From Carcharhinus longimanus (lineage: Eukaryota), in the NCBI GenBank assembly GCA_030264375.1, contig JASCQW010000109.1, forward strand, positions 28,540,805 to 28,604,804: a DNA stretch of 64,000 nt, given 5' to 3'. The notes beneath the pieces were generated by a model. It had not been told where the DNA came from. It ran no database searches and saw nothing but the letters and a program-made list of their open reading frames with translations. The position numbers and the translations under genes were made by a program. Below, in pieces: positions 61,780 through 64,000 of this stretch. Each line of letters begins with the position of its first letter. Position 1 is the first letter of the stretch.

Positions 61780-62725
61780 ATTTGGCATTAAAAAATCATG
61801 TTTGACTAACTTAATTGAATTTTTTGATGAAGTCATGGTAAGACTGGGATAATGTCGTTCATATCATGCACATGAACTTTCAAAAGGTTAAAGTACCACA
61901 TAATAGACTTTTTAGCAAAATGGGTTGAAAGAAGCAGTGGCTATGTGGATATGAAAATAGCTAAAGGGCAGAAAACAGAGAATAGCAACAATTGTTGCTT
62001 TACAGACTTATTGGAAGCAAGCATATAATGGTTTCTCCCAAGGGTCATCCCAAGCATCATTTCAAAGTTTGCTGATGACGCAAAACTCAGGAATATGATA
62101 AACATTGAGGAGGACAATAAAAATTTTTGGGGGCCACATTTGCAAAACAGGGTAAAGGCATGACAGCTGAAATTTACCACAGAACAGTGTGAAGTTTTTT
62201 TTTGTAGAAATATTGAGGACAGCAATATAAACTAAAGGGTACATTTTTAATGGGCTGCCAGAACAGAGAGGTGTAGATGTCTACAGACTCAAATCTTTGA
62301 AGATGGTAGGGCAAATTCAGAAGGCTAAGTTCAGAAGGTTAATAAGGCATGTGGTACCCATGGCTTTATAATTAGAGGCAGAGAGTATAAGAGCAAGGAA
62401 GTTGTGCTAATAAAAGATTTCCAGCTGGAATATTTTGGCCAATTCTGGACACTACTCTTCAGGGAAGATGTGAAGGTTTAGGGATGTACAGAGGAGATTC
62501 ACCACAATGGTATTGGAAATGAAAGGCTAAACTTACATGGTGAAATTAGATAAACTGTTCCCACTACTGCAGAGAAGATTAAAGAGATTTGATAGAAGTG
62601 TTCAAAGCCTTGGAGGATTTTGATAGATTAAATAAGGAAAATCTGTTTCTAGCAAAGCGCTGGTAACCCAAAGCTTTAAATTTAAGTTATTTGGCAAAGG
62701 AACCAGTGGTGACATGAGGAAAATA
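61780..62725 (+). mobile_element. Old CR1 LINE remnant
   Basis: tcatgtttgactaacttaattgaatttttt (SCLTNLIEFF), aagtttgctgatgacgcaaaa (KFADDxK). Confidence 0.8.
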
Positions 62726-62994
62726 AATCAGCACAGAAGGAGGCCATTTGGCACATTGCACTTGTGCTGACTGTTTGGTAAAGTTATTCAATTAGTCCTA
62801 CCTGCCTGCATTTTTCCCATTGCCCTGCATTTGTTTTCCCTTTCAGGCATTTACACAATGTCCTTCTGAAAACTATGAAAGGTTGTTTCCACCACCCTTT
62901 CAGACAGTGCATGCCATTCTACAGCTGTCTGTCATACAATATGGGGTTATGGAATTTCTAAAACCATTGACTTTCATTCTAGAGAAGTACAGAG

Positions 62995-63225
62995 GAACAT
63001 AGGAATTAGGAGCAGAAGTAGGTAATTCAGTCCTCCAAGCCTGCTCCACCATTCAATCAGATCATGGCTGATCTCTCCCTGGTCTCAAATCCACCTCCCC
63101 ATATCCCTTTAACCCTTTCTTTGATCAGAAATGTATCTATCTCCTTCTTGAAAGCATTTAATGATACCAACTCCACTGTGCTCTAGGGCAACGAGTTCCA
63201 CAAACAAACCACTCTCTGCAAGATG
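62995..63225 (-). mobile_element. CR1/HER1 3' end (a second older tail lies at ~62727-62910)
   Basis: gaacataggaattaggagcag...ccattcaatcagatcatggctgatc, homologous to 26006-26250. Confidence 0.85.
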
Positions 63226-64000
63226 GCATGCTGTCTTTGGAATGTTGCTTGTTTTATTTGCCGGATTCCAAAATGAACACTTTGTTATAAATTTAGTCAT
63301 AGGCTACAGATAATTTTGGCAGAAATGTTACTGGATACTTTTTATTTGTTTCACTTTGTACTGGTGACAGTTTGCAAATACATCACTTCAACACTAACTA
63401 CTTTAGCAGCGCAACTTTACGACAGCATCGTTTGCAAACTGCAAGAAAAAGGAGTAATAAATAACCCAAACATTTAATGGCAAAAATAGATTTATAACTG
63501 CAGTGTGTTATTACTTTGATTAAGTTTTGTAGATTCTGGCTTTCCAAAGTGTGGAAATTGCAGCTGAGAAATGTTAACAGTTATTGACTAGAATGAGCAG
63601 TTAGTCCTTTCAAAATTATGATTAGAAGCTACTTGCACATTTGCCAAAAAATGGCCTTAGGTTCTATATTAATTCTACGTTAAAAGACCATGACATTGGT
63701 CTCACTTTGGTTAATCAAAAAACAGAGGATTCAAATAACTATGTTCATACATTTGTAGAAAGGATTTGTAATATCACAAATGATTTGTTATAATGTCTGT
63801 TTTGTTCATCTTCCAAATTAGAAGGCAGTAACATTAAGATGTTCCAAATGTCTATCTTTGTCATTTAGCTGCTATAAAACTTCATTATAGGGTTGAGGTG
63901 AACAACTTTTGTCATTTTTATATCCAGGGTTGAGGATTAATCATTTCTCTGGCAGGTGGTATTAATCTGCCACTTAATGGGCTGTCTTTGTCTTGGGAGC

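Noticed and set aside
1-64000. CRISPR arrays, operons or other prokaryotic systems
   Set aside because: Vertebrate intronic DNA. No regularly spaced repeats or dense ORFs.

Overview
Eukaryotic, repeat-rich draft scaffold with many 10-N and 100-N gaps. It is almost certainly from a cartilaginous fish (shark), judging by HE1/V-SINEs, HER1/CR1 LINEs and a Deu-domain SINE; family names are from recall, not a database search. The only host coding sequence found is one 138-nt (141-nt with the alternative NAGNAG acceptor) minus-strand exon of ablim3 (first LIM finger) at 8514-8651. The rest appears intronic. It is filled with decayed CR1, Rex1/Babar, Penelope, Gypsy and PIF/Harbinger fragments, MITEs and SINEs, several of them nested. 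Most notable: (1) a ~300-nt polyadenylated retro-element at 57433-57731 with a U2 snRNA-derived head, a second internal U2 stem-loop-I copy, an octamer motif and hairpins; (2) two fold-back elements carrying decayed hammerhead-ribozyme cores, each with a 15-16 bp target-site duplication; (3) a Myb/SANT remnant enclosed by 130-bp inverted repeats, and tail-to-tail Harbinger transposase remnants; (4) an inverted Penelope structure. Repeat boundaries were read by eye and are approximate unless exact motifs are quoted.
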